From Candidatus Thorarchaeota archaeon (lineage in GTDB: Archaea > Asgardarchaeota > Thorarchaeia > Thorarchaeales > Thorarchaeaceae), in assembly GCA_019057475.1 (NCBI GenBank), contig DXJO01000041.1:1-64000 (forward strand): a DNA stretch of 64,000 nucleotides, in the 5' to 3' direction. Each line of letters starts with the position of its first letter. The stretch's first letter is position 1. Below are positions 48,608-58,744 of the stretch, in pieces. The notes under the pieces are model-generated. The model did not search any database. It saw only the letters and a list, made by a program, of their open reading frames with translations, and was not told where the DNA came from. The translations under genes and the position numbers were made by a program.

Positions 48608-48638
48608 CTGACAAGAAATGATAACAAGGGGCGCAACA

Positions 48639-48854
48639 ATGCCAAAGCAAATCTATGACGCAGAAAAGTTCCTCGAGATGACTGAGAACGCAACAGAGTG
48701 TCGCGTGAAGCGAGGCGCAAACCAGGTCACTCTGAAGCTCCGGACTGGTAGGTATCTTTACACGCTTATCGTTGAACCCCAGAAAGCTGAAGAGATTCTT
48801 CAGCAGGTGAAGTGCCAAATCGTAGAGGCTCGCTCCATTTCCGAAGAGAGCTAG
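48639..48854 (+). CDS. rpl38e: Ribosomal protein L38e
   Basis: MPKQI.D.EKFLE...CRVK...KLRT.RYLYTL...KAE matches the eL38 pattern. Confidence 0.88.
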   Translation: MPKQIYDAEKFLEMTENATECRVKRGANQVTLKLRTGRYLYTLIVEPQKAEEILQQVKCQIVEARSISEES

Positions 48855-50116
48855 ATCTCGAAACTCTCGCTAACCTCGGGCACATGCGCTCGACGACCTG
48901 ATTTCTTCAACTTCTCCGCCAAGGCGTCACAAGACTCAGACTCGCCGTGAACCACGTAGAACTCTGGGTCTCCGGGTATCTTCTTCAGCAAGTCCAACAG
49001 ACCTCTAGAGTCAGAATGAGATGATAGATGGTGCATCCTTACTTCGGCGTCCACTTCGAAATCACGGTTGCCAACTGTGACCCTATTCTTTGCCAGCAGC
49101 TCTGCACCAGGCGTCCCAGGAATCTGGAAACTGACGAGTATGATCGCATTCTTTGGATTATCATATAGCATCTTAAAGTACAGGTGGGAAGCTCCACCCT
49201 TCAACATCCCTGCTGGAGAAATTATGATTCCGCCCTTCTTGACTGCGCGCTGACGATCTCGTTTGTCATGTATTGCATGTGCCCTCGACACAGCCCGTGA
49301 GAATGCTTGAGGCGAAGCGATGTATTCTGGATGTTTCACCAAGATATCATTGACCTTTCTGGCCATTCCATCCACATAGATTGGGTATTTCCGGGGAATA
49401 TTGCTGGCCTCAAGAATGCACATAATCTCTTGACTTCTCCCAACAGCAAACGCAGGAATGAGGACCGTCCCTCCGCGCTCCAAGGTTTCAATGACGGTGT
49501 CTACTAGATCTATCTCTATCTCTTCCCGATTCGGGTTCATTCTGCGAGCGTACGTGCTTTCGGTGACAACCACATCGTGCTTCGGGAGGTTTTTCCTTGC
49601 ACCCATATTCAGTCTAGACTCTATCGCGTTGAAGTCGCCAGTGAACAGGATTCTCTTGCCATTGCATCGCACAGAGACCATCGCACTCCCGGGGATATGT
49701 CCAGCATTGAACAGCGTCAACTCGAAGTTGTGACCAAGTGGGACCGTTTCCTCGTAGGCTGTAGGTTGACATTGACGCTTCACACGCGGAATCTCATTGC
49801 GACTGAAGGGAAGACGTCCTCTGGAAATCTTATCCATGTCGCGGAGCAGGAGTACGCTCAGATCGCGGGTTGCAGGCGTGCAGAAGAGAGATACATCGGG
49901 ATCTGAGAGGACCATGGGTATTCCCCCAGAATGATCAAGATGTGCGTGAGTGAGTGCGACCCCTTGGAGAGTATCCAACGGTACTGGGGGCGGAAACGCA
50001 GGCGGGTTGAGGAACTTAACACCATAGTCCACAATCACGCTCTCTTTGCCCTCTTCAATGAAGAACCCAGCACGACCTATCTCTCTACAGGAACCGAGGA
50101 ATGTCAACATTGTCAT
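48851..50116 (-). CDS. MBL/beta-CASP ribonuclease (aCPSF2-like)
   Basis: THAHLDH, AGHIPG, TGD, ESTY, AFAVGRSQE and SSHSD; no KH domains. Confidence 0.9.
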   Translation of the reverse strand: MTMLTFLGSCREIGRAGFFIEEGKESVIVDYGVKFLNPPAFPPPVPLDTLQGVALTHAHLDHSGGIPMVLSDPDVSLFCTPATRDLSVLLLRDMDKISRGRLPFSRNEIPRVKRQCQPTAYEETVPLGHNFELTLFNAGHIPGSAMVSVRCNGKRILFTGDFNAIESRLNMGARKNLPKHDVVVTESTYARRMNPNREEIEIDLVDTVIETLERGGTVLIPAFAVGRSQEIMCILEASNIPRKYPIYVDGMARKVNDILVKHPEYIASPQAFSRAVSRAHAIHDKRDRQRAVKKGGIIISPAGMLKGGASHLYFKMLYDNPKNAIILVSFQIPGTPGAELLAKNRVTVGNRDFEVDAEVRMHHLSSHSDSRGLLDLLKKIPGDPEFYVVHGESESCDALAEKLKKSGRRAHVPEVSESFEI

Positions 50117-50324
50117 CCGTCTTTACTCCGAAGGGTGACCGTGTTCGGTCGCAAGAAAAGGCTTTCGAAGGCGAATGTCCAGAATTTCTTTCTGATGCTC
50201 CAATAGGCGTGACATGCCTGCTCGCGGTTAAATCCAGCAATGTTTCCTAGCATCGGAATCAATATTAGAAGGACTCTACAGAGGGGCTATATTGAATCAG
50301 CGATAGCAAGCGTGGTGACTTCGG

Positions 50325-50639
50325 GTGACGGAGGGAAAGCCTGACAAAGTAGAGCAGACAGACTTCGGGCCTAGAGATGCAGTCGTCCTCGTTGGGTCAA
50401 AGAATGTGATGTCTTACGTGCTAGCATGTGTGACCCTCTTCAACAAGGGTGCCGAAGAAGTTGTGATTAAGGCCCGGGGGCGGCTCATTAGCAGAGCTGT
50501 TGACGTGGCTGAGATAACCCGTCATAGATTCATCACCGATGTTAAGGTCAAGGACATACAGATAGATACAACCACCGTGCAGACTGACAAGGGAAGCGAC
50601 TTGAACGTTTCCACGATCGATATTACGATCTCCAAATAG
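50325..50639 (+). CDS. albA: DNA/RNA-binding protein Alba
   Basis: [12 protein letters not shown]...[16 protein letters not shown]...VSTIDI. Confidence 0.95.
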   Translation: MTEGKPDKVEQTDFGPRDAVVLVGSKNVMSYVLACVTLFNKGAEEVVIKARGRLISRAVDVAEITRHRFITDVKVKDIQIDTTTVQTDKGSDLNVSTIDITISK

Positions 50640-50715
50640 TCTGAGAACAACTGATATTGTCCTCGCCCGAAGCCTGGCTACAGCTGGAGCGTTCTAGATT
50701 GGCGAGGAATAGAAA

Positions 50716-51306
50716 ATGAAAATACCAGTTTGCCGTTTTGATTTGGAGTCGGATACTCTGTGTCCCAATTGTCAGGAGCGATTCGATAAGGGCAAGATTA
50801 CTTCTTTCGATGTTGAGTTCTGCAAATGGCTGCTGGAAAAGGAGAAAGATTACTCAGCTTTGCAGGACCTCAATCTTCAACGAGCCATCAAGGTGGCAGA
50901 CCAGATAATCCTAGTTGTGAAGAAGAGGACCAAGGTCGCCTTGTTATCTGCGGAAGAGCTCATTGGTGATATCACTGAAACATTCGGTGAAATAATAATC
51001 ATCGAAGGGCCCATCAAGCTCCGGAAGATTGTCAGAACATTCATAGACCCTGCAATCGAAGTGGGAGTCAATAGTCTGCACATGCCCGGAGGATATAGGG
51101 AGAGCATAGTAATCTTGAGGGCGGACGATAAAGAACGGATTCCATACACGACTGCTCAACTCAAGGAAATTGTTTCCGCAATCATGGGAGAGGAAGTACT
51201 GTTTGAGTACGACGACGGTCGCCTTGAGAAAGATGATGACGCAACAGAGGATGAGTTCGAAGAGAGTATGCGAAAACTCAGCGAAAAACGGCGAGATATG
51301 AACTGA
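50716..51306 (+). CDS. NusA-like KH-domain protein with N-terminal Cys cluster (archaeal NusA paralog)
   Basis: MKIPVC..D...LCPNCQE N-terminus typical of this archaeal family. Confidence 0.7.
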   Translation: MKIPVCRFDLESDTLCPNCQERFDKGKITSFDVEFCKWLLEKEKDYSALQDLNLQRAIKVADQIILVVKKRTKVALLSAEELIGDITETFGEIIIIEGPIKLRKIVRTFIDPAIEVGVNSLHMPGGYRESIVILRADDKERIPYTTAQLKEIVSAIMGEEVLFEYDDGRLEKDDDATEDEFEESMRKLSEKRRDMN

Positions 51307-51307
51307 C

Positions 51308-52660
51308 TCAGATTCTGTTTATGGGATGATTCTTCATTAGCTCGCGCATGACTATAGTTGCGTAGGATCCCTTCCTAAGGTTGAACTGCAGCCAGAGCCC
51401 GTCATCGTCACATCGTGGATTGAGTTCAGGGACCTTGATTGAGATTAGATGCAGACTCCCAGGAGAATCCAGCGCTTTGCTTTCTGTGCTTCTGAAATCC
51501 ATGAGGGTTATCCCTTCATCATTCAGTATTCTCTCAAGCATCTCTGATTGTAGGGATGGAGGCGTTCTCGTGGAATATCCAGGTAATGGGGCAGCCACAC
51601 CATATGCATCGGAACTCACAAGTTCTTTGCGTTGTTCGAGGTTCCGTTCTGTCACGAAAAGCCAGGAATCACGACCCGAATGCGCTTGATCCAATTGCAT
51701 CAGGAAATCGCCTGGTATGGGTGACTGTATGGAAAGCCCGGATCTCAGGCGTTGACTAATCAGTCGATTAAACAGATACGACTGATAAGAGTGCACAAAA
51801 AAGGTCTGAATACGTGAAGGTATCTTAGTGAACGCCCTGCGATAGTCGCCAGGATGTTTCATGAGATGTCTAAGCACGATACGCTCATGTCCCAGTCCCC
51901 TTGGGAAGCAATCGAGTATTTTCTGGTTCACAGTCATATTCTGCGCAATGTCCTGACGAGCTCCTGTGAGCTCTTCCGATTCATACTCACTTGTGACCGT
52001 CAGCATGATGCGAAGAGCCCCCTCGAAATCGCCCTCTACGGCAGTCTTTCCCACCATGTGTGTATCCGGTCGGGTTACACCAAACCGTTGAACGCCAAAG
52101 TAGTTGAGAATGAATTTTCCCGTCAACTCTTGCGCGATGTCCATGGAGTCCGTGCAACTGGATTCGAGTTCCCTCAATAAAATAGCAAACCGGTTTCCCC
52201 AGAGATCACCTATCAGAACGGGTTGTCGCACATACTCCATATCCCTGATTGCCATTTTGAAGAGTTTGAGCTTCGCAAGGGATTGAGATGCTCCAGCGGG
52301 CACTGACATGGATTGCACAGTCAGAGCACGCTTATCCTTCAGGCCAGCATAGGAGACTAGATGCCTTGGGAGGCCCAATTCTGTGGCGAGTATTGTGGAA
52401 ACATCCATCGTGGACAGGCCGAGTTTCTGGACAGTGAATCGAACGTATTTCCTTTTATCCCCGTCAATCGTGAGTTCAACCGCGGCTGCTGGGTCTGACT
52501 CATCAAGCGATTTCTGTAACTCCAGATTCCTCCCGTCTGGCAGTATCTCTTCGACGCGGAAATCCTCAAAGCGCGTCTTCAGCCGTCCTCCGATACCCTT
52601 CGCCTCAGTGCTGTAGAGCTCCATTCCCACTAGGACCTCGAGTGGATGGGGCTCAATCAA
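51308..52660 (-). CDS. truD: tRNA pseudouridine(13) synthase TruD/Pus7
   Basis: EDFRVEE, YAGLKDKRALTVQ, NYFGVQRFG, HSYQSYLFN and GSYAT..MRE. Confidence 0.95.
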   Translation of the reverse strand: MIEPHPLEVLVGMELYSTEAKGIGGRLKTRFEDFRVEEILPDGRNLELQKSLDESDPAAAVELTIDGDKRKYVRFTVQKLGLSTMDVSTILATELGLPRHLVSYAGLKDKRALTVQSMSVPAGASQSLAKLKLFKMAIRDMEYVRQPVLIGDLWGNRFAILLRELESSCTDSMDIAQELTGKFILNYFGVQRFGVTRPDTHMVGKTAVEGDFEGALRIMLTVTSEYESEELTGARQDIAQNMTVNQKILDCFPRGLGHERIVLRHLMKHPGDYRRAFTKIPSRIQTFFVHSYQSYLFNRLISQRLRSGLSIQSPIPGDFLMQLDQAHSGRDSWLFVTERNLEQRKELVSSDAYGVAAPLPGYSTRTPPSLQSEMLERILNDEGITLMDFRSTESKALDSPGSLHLISIKVPELNPRCDDDGLWLQFNLRKGSYATIVMRELMKNHPINRI

Positions 52661-52672
52661 GTGAAGTCCTCC

Positions 52673-53044
52673 TCAGAGCAGCTTGAGTTCACTAGTTACA
52701 AGATCGATATCTTCAATCTTCGCGGGGCCTATACCTAAAACTGTGACAGTGCCGGGAGGAAGTTCAGTCATTCCTGCATCTCTGATGAGAGCGATGGGAA
52801 GATTCTTGGATGCTGCTACGATTTCAAGTTTTAGCAGCTCTTCTTCTGAGCCAACTTTGACGGCCACCTTCTTCTGACCTTCATTGAGCCAGCGTTTCCA
52901 GAGCTCAGGCGCTCTAACCCTTGTCCGCTCAGCAGCAGTCACTGCACCGTGAGCCACCTGAACAGATATCTTACCGCGACTCATGCCCAAGTCGGTTCTG
53001 ACTGCGATAACTTGCTTGTATCTGAACTCGCGTTTAGCCATCAT
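52673..53044 (-). CDS. pth2: Peptidyl-tRNA hydrolase Pth2
   Basis: KQVIAVRTDLGMSRGK..QVAH, GQKKV, DAGMTE and GIGP. Confidence 0.95.
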   Translation of the reverse strand: MMAKREFRYKQVIAVRTDLGMSRGKISVQVAHGAVTAAERTRVRAPELWKRWLNEGQKKVAVKVGSEEELLKLEIVAASKNLPIALIRDAGMTELPPGTVTVLGIGPAKIEDIDLVTSELKLL

Positions 53045-53121
53045 TTTGACCGCCCAGTCAGCTCTTCGACTCCAACCTAGGCGAGAGATAATAAAGGGTT
53101 GCCCTCAGGATTAATTCGAGA

Positions 53122-54336
53122 GTGGCTATTCTGAACCCCGAAGCGATTGTCATCGGAGCAGGGCCGGCGGGATTGCTGGCTGCAGCCGAAATCGCTCAAA
53201 GTGGTCATCGGGTTCAGGTGTTTGAAGAGCATCCTGAGATAGGGAAGCCTGATCATTGTGCTGGCTTGCTGAGCGCATCCGGATTGAACTTGCTGGGGCT
53301 CAAACCGCCTTCCGATGTTATTCAGAATCGGGTTTCGGGCGCCAGGATATTCGCTCCAGCGGGACAATCGCTATTGATTGAACGTGGTCGTCGTGAGGCG
53401 CTAGTAATCAATCGGTCGCGGTTCGATTCATGGTTGGCAGATAGGGCTAGGGACAACGGAGCAGACATCAATACTCAAGCGAAAGTTCTTGGAATACGAA
53501 CGAGTGAAAGCCATACCAAAATATTGAGCATTAGAGAAGAAGGAATGTCGTCAGAACGCAGTGCTCAAGTCATTATCAATGCAGAAGGCTCTCGGTGTCA
53601 GATCTCCAAAGCATTGAGTCTACCGGTAGTATCAAGGCGGAACAAGCTTCCTGCGTACCAGTATGAAGTGAAAGGTGTCGATATTGATGATGACATTGTG
53701 GAGATGTTCTATGGACGCCAGATTGCGCCTGGGTTCTTCGCTTGGTTGATACCTATGGGCGAGGGGAGGGCAAGAGTTGGTCTTGCAGCCAAGGATAGTG
53801 CGAAACCTCGACTAAGAGCCGCGATTAATCACCACCCAGTCCTACGAGAGCGACTAAAGGGTGCCACTCTAGAGAGAGGATTCGGAGGAATTGTGCTCGT
53901 GGGGTTGCCGGTAAGAAGATCCTTTGCTCAAGGGGTCGTTGTAGTAGGTGATGCTGCGGGTATGGTCAAGGCAACAACAGGCGGCGGTATTATTGTGGGA
54001 GGAATTGCAGCTCAAATTGCAGGAAGGACTGTCACCAAAGCGCTTGATGAGAGGGATTTCTCACACAAATCACTGAGCCGCTACGAATCGGGTTGGCGGT
54101 TCCGAACCTTGAAAGACTTGCGGATGATGTACGTAGCTCAAAGAGCATTGTCCGTTCTCTCAGACAAGGGATTGAACTCCATAATAGAGGATGCGAAATC
54201 TATGGGACTTGTGGAGATTGTGAAGGAAGAGGGCGACATGGACATGCAGCGCAAGGTGATCGCTCGGCTTATGCGGGATCCCAGAACGTTTGTCTTGGGT
54301 CTGAAAGCGTTGAAATACATAGACCCACTTGTCTAG
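53122..54336 (+). CDS. Geranylgeranyl reductase family FAD-dependent oxidoreductase
   Basis: GAGPAG, P.HCAG, PGFFAWLIP and VGDAAG..KATTGGGI. Confidence 0.88.
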   Translation: MAILNPEAIVIGAGPAGLLAAAEIAQSGHRVQVFEEHPEIGKPDHCAGLLSASGLNLLGLKPPSDVIQNRVSGARIFAPAGQSLLIERGRREALVINRSRFDSWLADRARDNGADINTQAKVLGIRTSESHTKILSIREEGMSSERSAQVIINAEGSRCQISKALSLPVVSRRNKLPAYQYEVKGVDIDDDIVEMFYGRQIAPGFFAWLIPMGEGRARVGLAAKDSAKPRLRAAINHHPVLRERLKGATLERGFGGIVLVGLPVRRSFAQGVVVVGDAAGMVKATTGGGIIVGGIAAQIAGRTVTKALDERDFSHKSLSRYESGWRFRTLKDLRMMYVAQRALSVLSDKGLNSIIEDAKSMGLVEIVKEEGDMDMQRKVIARLMRDPRTFVLGLKALKYIDPLV

Positions 54337-54371
54337 TGAATAGCCATCTTTATGTGTAAAGTGCATGCCGG

Positions 54372-55769
54372 GTGACGATGAGGCCCTACTACATGGTGGG
54401 TAGAGAGAAACCAGGGATACTAGACACCGCAGCATCATTGCTCGAGGAATACCCTCTATGTAACAGATGCTTGGGTCGACAGTTCGCCTGGTTGAGCACT
54501 GGCACATCGAACGACCAGAGAGGATATTCAATCAAGCTCATACTCTCAATGAAGGCTGATGAGATAATCAAATCTGATGCGAAGGACGAAGGCAGGAAAC
54601 TACTCGCGACTCTCGCTGGCAACGGCATGTTCTCTCCAGCGCAGATTCTTGCTGAGAAAGAAGCACTAGATCATGAGAAGGGCAAGGTCTGTCACCTCTG
54701 TGCAGTGGATGTTGATTGTGCGTTCGACAAAATACCAGAGATCGTTCAACGGGCGGTGAGGGAAACAGAAGACATCGAATTCTACACCTTCCTCGCAGGG
54801 TCCATACCACACCCAATCCTCGCGGAAAGGGAAGATGAATTGAAAGGACAACATAATCTCATCTACGGAGAAACCATGAGGTCTGACTTCAATAGGGAGT
54901 TCGGGAAACAGGTTAGCGCGGCCTTTGACAAACCCGTTGACTTTGATAAGCCGGAACTGGTTGTAGTCTATGATATGCAGAACGATTTGGTTAGGCTGCA
55001 AATCAACCCGCTGTTTATCTACGGTAGGTATCGAAAGAGGGTGGTGGGAGTCCCCCAAAGCCGATGGGATTGTTCGGATTGCAATGGCAAAGGATGTGAT
55101 GCTTGTCACAACACCGGGAGAAGGTACCCGGACTCCATTTCGGAGTATGTTAGTTTGCCAATCCAAGAAGCCGCCAAAGGCACCCGTTTCAAATTTCATG
55201 CTGCAGGACGGGAAGATGTGGACGCTCTGATGCTTGGGTCTGGACGTCCATTCGTTGTGGAGATTACTAGGCCTCGCGTAAGAACGCTGAATCTTCCTAA
55301 GCTGGAGAAGAAAATCAGAAAGAAATCACGCAAGAAGGTGGAAGTCGAAGGCTTGCGGCCCACTAACAGACAACATCTGCAACGACTTAAGAGTGAATCT
55401 TCTGAGAACATCAAGGAGTATTCAGCCATCATCAAGACGGACCGAGAGTTGACTGATGATGAAGTAAGAAGAGCAGAAAGAGAACTAACAGGTATTGACC
55501 TTGCTCAGAGAACTCCAATGCGAGTGGCACACAGAAGAAGTGACTTGACAAGGAAGAAGCACATCTACGAGGTACGACTGAAGAAGAAGGGAAACCATGA
55601 GCTGGACGGTTACTTCAAGGTTCAAGGTGGCACCTACATCAAGGAATTGATATCAGGAGACGAAGGAAGAACTATACCATCGGTTTCCGATAAGGTAGGT
55701 TCTGCATGCGTTTGCACCGAATTGATTGTTACAGCGATTCACAGCCTAGAAACAGACCATAATCCTTAA
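54372..55769 (+). CDS. pus10: tRNA pseudouridine(54/55) synthase Pus10
   Basis: LCNRCLGRQFA, GRYRK, HAAGREDVD..MLG.GRPF, QRTP.RV.HRR and GGTYIKELISGD. Confidence 0.95.
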   Translation: MTMRPYYMVGREKPGILDTAASLLEEYPLCNRCLGRQFAWLSTGTSNDQRGYSIKLILSMKADEIIKSDAKDEGRKLLATLAGNGMFSPAQILAEKEALDHEKGKVCHLCAVDVDCAFDKIPEIVQRAVRETEDIEFYTFLAGSIPHPILAEREDELKGQHNLIYGETMRSDFNREFGKQVSAAFDKPVDFDKPELVVVYDMQNDLVRLQINPLFIYGRYRKRVVGVPQSRWDCSDCNGKGCDACHNTGRRYPDSISEYVSLPIQEAAKGTRFKFHAAGREDVDALMLGSGRPFVVEITRPRVRTLNLPKLEKKIRKKSRKKVEVEGLRPTNRQHLQRLKSESSENIKEYSAIIKTDRELTDDEVRRAERELTGIDLAQRTPMRVAHRRSDLTRKKHIYEVRLKKKGNHELDGYFKVQGGTYIKELISGDEGRTIPSVSDKVGSACVCTELIVTAIHSLETDHNP

Positions 55770-55862
55770 GTGGCGACCCAAGAGGAGAGGCTCGGCCTCG
55801 GGTACGTAAGGGAATATCTCTCGCACCAATCGAGGTACTAACGAACAACATGTTGATGCCCT

Positions 55863-56159
55863 ATGGTCAAGAAGAGTCATGGTTACCGTGCTCGCACAAG
55901 AGCTTTGATGAGCAAAAGGGTACGGACGCGTGGTCTTGTCCCTCCGAACAGAGTGCTCGTCGACTTTGAGAAAGGGCAGAGAGTCGATATAGTGATAGAC
56001 CCGGGTTTTCACAAGGGCATGCCTCATCGAAGGTATCAAGGGAGAACGGGTGTTGTCAAAGAAATGCGTGGAAGGGCAGTTGTCGTTGATGTCAGCCTTG
56101 GTAAAGCCATGAAGACATTGATCATAAGACCCGAGCACCTTCAAGTCAGCAAAGGCTGA
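55863..56159 (+). CDS. rpl21e: 50S ribosomal protein L21e
   Basis: SHGYR..TR, HKGMPHRRYQGRTG and RPEHL. Confidence 0.96.
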   Translation: MVKKSHGYRARTRALMSKRVRTRGLVPPNRVLVDFEKGQRVDIVIDPGFHKGMPHRRYQGRTGVVKEMRGRAVVVDVSLGKAMKTLIIRPEHLQVSKG

Positions 56160-56169
56160 GTGATACCAC

Positions 56170-56505
56170 ATGCCAAGAGAAGTCTTAGCGGAAGAGGAAA
56201 TAACCCTCCCGCAAGTGAAAAAGGTCCTAGCCAAACGAGCCAAAGAGGGGGAGCTATCATTTCAGCAGACAATCACTCTGGAGCATGCTTCATCGTTCTC
56301 TAAGATGGCACCAGCTGTATCAAGGAAGCTCGTGGAACGCCTCATCAAGAAGTATTCCGTCAAGCGGGTTAAGGCCGTTCAAGTGGCAAATATAGCTCCA
56401 ACAACCAAGGAAGAGCTGAGGACTATCCTTGATGCGCGGTCTACTGACGTGACTGATGAACAGCTGATAGAGATAGTGGACCTTGTTTTAAAGTCAAGAT
56501 CTTGA
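56170..56505 (+). CDS. rpoF: RNA polymerase subunit Rpo4 (RpoF)
   Basis: ELSFQQ..TLEH...F and ANIAP...EELRTIL; conserved position after rpl21e. Confidence 0.9.
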   Translation: MPREVLAEEEITLPQVKKVLAKRAKEGELSFQQTITLEHASSFSKMAPAVSRKLVERLIKKYSVKRVKAVQVANIAPTTKEELRTILDARSTDVTDEQLIEIVDLVLKSRS

Positions 56506-56620
56506 ATTTCGACCAATTGACTGCGACCAGAACTGGTGTGAAGTAAGAGCGCTGCATTTTTATCCACAAACAGCTATTTGCTCATGTAATGCGGCTTGAT
56601 AGTGTCAGGAGTGTAAGAGT

Positions 56621-57223
56621 ATGGAATCATCTCAAGGCAGGATGTACGAGAGTCACGCATATGTCCTGGCAGTCATTCAGCCGAAGCTATACCTGAGAGA
56701 TTCACGACCACGAGGAGACCCCGTAGTACAGGCAGTGGGTGAGTCGCACTTCACTCTTCTTGAACTTGTACCCCGAGGTGGTGCTAGATTCAACCCTCAA
56801 GATCGTGTGTCAATTCAGAAGGACTCCCAGACCAACATCGATCATGTGAAACGGAGAGTCTTCTACGAGGACCTGATTCCTGAAAGCACAGCAGAGCTGT
56901 CATTCGTCATTGAATTAATCGTAACGAAGCATGAACACAAATTCGTGCAGTTCTTCAATGAAGCGAAACCAATCACAACTAGAATGCATTCGCTCCAACT
57001 CCTTCCTGGTGTGGGGAAGACGTTGATGTGGGCGCTTCTTGATGAGAGAAAGAAGGCGCCATTCAAGAACTTCGAAGATATCGCTGCTCGGACCAAGCTG
57101 CAGAATCCAAAGAAGACCATTACTGCAAGAATCATCAATGAGCTGAAAGAGGATGTTAAGCGGTGGATATTTGTTCGTCCGTCTAGGCGAAGCGATGATG
57201 AGAGAAGACAATGGCCAGGGTGA
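56621..57223 (+). CDS. DUF655 family HhH RNA-binding protein
   Basis: QAVGE..FTLLEL and FFNEA.PITTRMHSLQLLPGVGK. Confidence 0.92.
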   Translation: MESSQGRMYESHAYVLAVIQPKLYLRDSRPRGDPVVQAVGESHFTLLELVPRGGARFNPQDRVSIQKDSQTNIDHVKRRVFYEDLIPESTAELSFVIELIVTKHEHKFVQFFNEAKPITTRMHSLQLLPGVGKTLMWALLDERKKAPFKNFEDIAARTKLQNPKKTITARIINELKEDVKRWIFVRPSRRSDDERRQWPG

Positions 57224-58098
57224 GATCTCTGTATCAAGAAGAGGTCAAATCCCTGCTTCAGAAATACTCGGTACGACCTAGCAAGAAGGCTGGTCAGAGC
57301 TTTCTCACAAGTCACAGAATTGCCAAGGACATCGTATCGTCCGCGAATCTGACCAAGGATGAATCGGTCTTGGAGATTGGCGGAGGGCTAGGCATTCTCA
57401 CTCAATGGCTTGCTCAGTGTGCTAAGACTGTATATGTTGTCGAGAAGGACGTGGGATTAGTCAGAGCTCTAAGAGAAATCCTGAGTGGACTGGACAATGT
57501 CGAGATCATAGAGGGCGATGCACTGGCGATAGACTTCCCTGAAGCTGACAAAGTGGTCTGCAATCTGCCCTACAGCATTTCTTCTGATATCACCTTCCGA
57601 CTTATTGAGCAAGTGAAATTCGAAAGCGCTACTCTGATGTATCAGAAGGAATTCGCAGAAAGACTCCTTGCAGAACCGGGGTCAGGCAATTACGCACGTT
57701 TGACAATTGGTGTGAGATATCATGTTGATGTGGCACAGATCATGAGTGTGCCAGCAAGTATGTTCTATCCCGTTCCAAAAGTCGATTCAAGTGTTGTTTG
57801 CTTGACACCCAGATTAGCGGGGCCATTCGCGAGAAATCCTGAGGTTTTCTTCTGGCTTATTCATGGCACATATTCCTACCCAAACAAACAGATTGGGAAG
57901 GCACTTCGAATCTGGTTCCGAAATATGAAGTTGGACAAAGCCCTAGCTAACACGCTCCTGGATAGAGCGGGGGCTTCTGTGACTGGCACCGAACGGCTAA
58001 GGAACCTAACACTGGATATCCTGGTTACGCTTGCAGACTGCCTCGTGGAAATGATAGAGGACGAATTAGTACCGGGTCCAAGGGGCAAGAACATGTGA
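57211..58098 (+). CDS. rsmA: 16S rRNA dimethyladenosine transferase KsgA/Dim1
   Basis: GQSFL, LEIGGGLG, NLPYSISS, QKEFAERL and P.PKVDS. Confidence 0.95.
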   Translation: MARVRSLYQEEVKSLLQKYSVRPSKKAGQSFLTSHRIAKDIVSSANLTKDESVLEIGGGLGILTQWLAQCAKTVYVVEKDVGLVRALREILSGLDNVEIIEGDALAIDFPEADKVVCNLPYSISSDITFRLIEQVKFESATLMYQKEFAERLLAEPGSGNYARLTIGVRYHVDVAQIMSVPASMFYPVPKVDSSVVCLTPRLAGPFARNPEVFFWLIHGTYSYPNKQIGKALRIWFRNMKLDKALANTLLDRAGASVTGTERLRNLTLDILVTLADCLVEMIEDELVPGPRGKNM

Positions 58099-58682
58099 GA
58101 GTAGAAGACCTTGATTTTAGGGTTGATTCCGGGGTGTATGCTCCAGTTGAAGACACGTTTCTATTGATAGATGCCATTGATTTTGACCGCGATGATGTTT
58201 TTCTGGATGTGGGCTGTGGTGCTGGGCTTCTGACACTAGGCGCCGCCAGAATCGCAAAAAGAGTTGTAGCGATTGATATCTCCCTGGAGGCTGCTTGGAA
58301 CACGCTAAGGAACCTCGAGCGAAACGGGCTTGATCTCCCGTGCAGTGTCATGCAGTCGGAATTGCTTGGTTCCATTCCTCCAGCCGCATTGTTCTCAGTA
58401 ATCGCCTTCAATCCGCCATATCTTCCTTATGATGGCACCACAACTGATATGGATCATGCGTTGTTGGGAGGGGTTAACGGCACTGAACTCGCCGAGCGTT
58501 TCATTCAACAGGCTGTCAGGCATCTTCAGAAAGGGGGTTCTATCTTCGTCGTCAGTTCATCTCTTGCGAACATCAAAGACTTGAAGAATGTGATGGTGAA
58601 TTGTGGTCTTGATATTGATATCGTAGCGAGTTTGTCAATATTCTTTGAAAAGATACAAGTACTGAAGGGAACTCAGCAATAA
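58095..58682 (+). CDS. HemK2/PrmC-like methyltransferase
   Basis: VYAPVEDTFLL, LDVGCGAG and FNPPY. Confidence 0.9.
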   Translation: MRVEDLDFRVDSGVYAPVEDTFLLIDAIDFDRDDVFLDVGCGAGLLTLGAARIAKRVVAIDISLEAAWNTLRNLERNGLDLPCSVMQSELLGSIPPAALFSVIAFNPPYLPYDGTTTDMDHALLGGVNGTELAERFIQQAVRHLQKGGSIFVVSSSLANIKDLKNVMVNCGLDIDIVASLSIFFEKIQVLKGTQQ

Positions 58683-58744
58683 TACCACAAGGAAACCGTT
58701 TTATTCCACCATCAAATTGGGCGGCAAAATACACATCGAAACGC

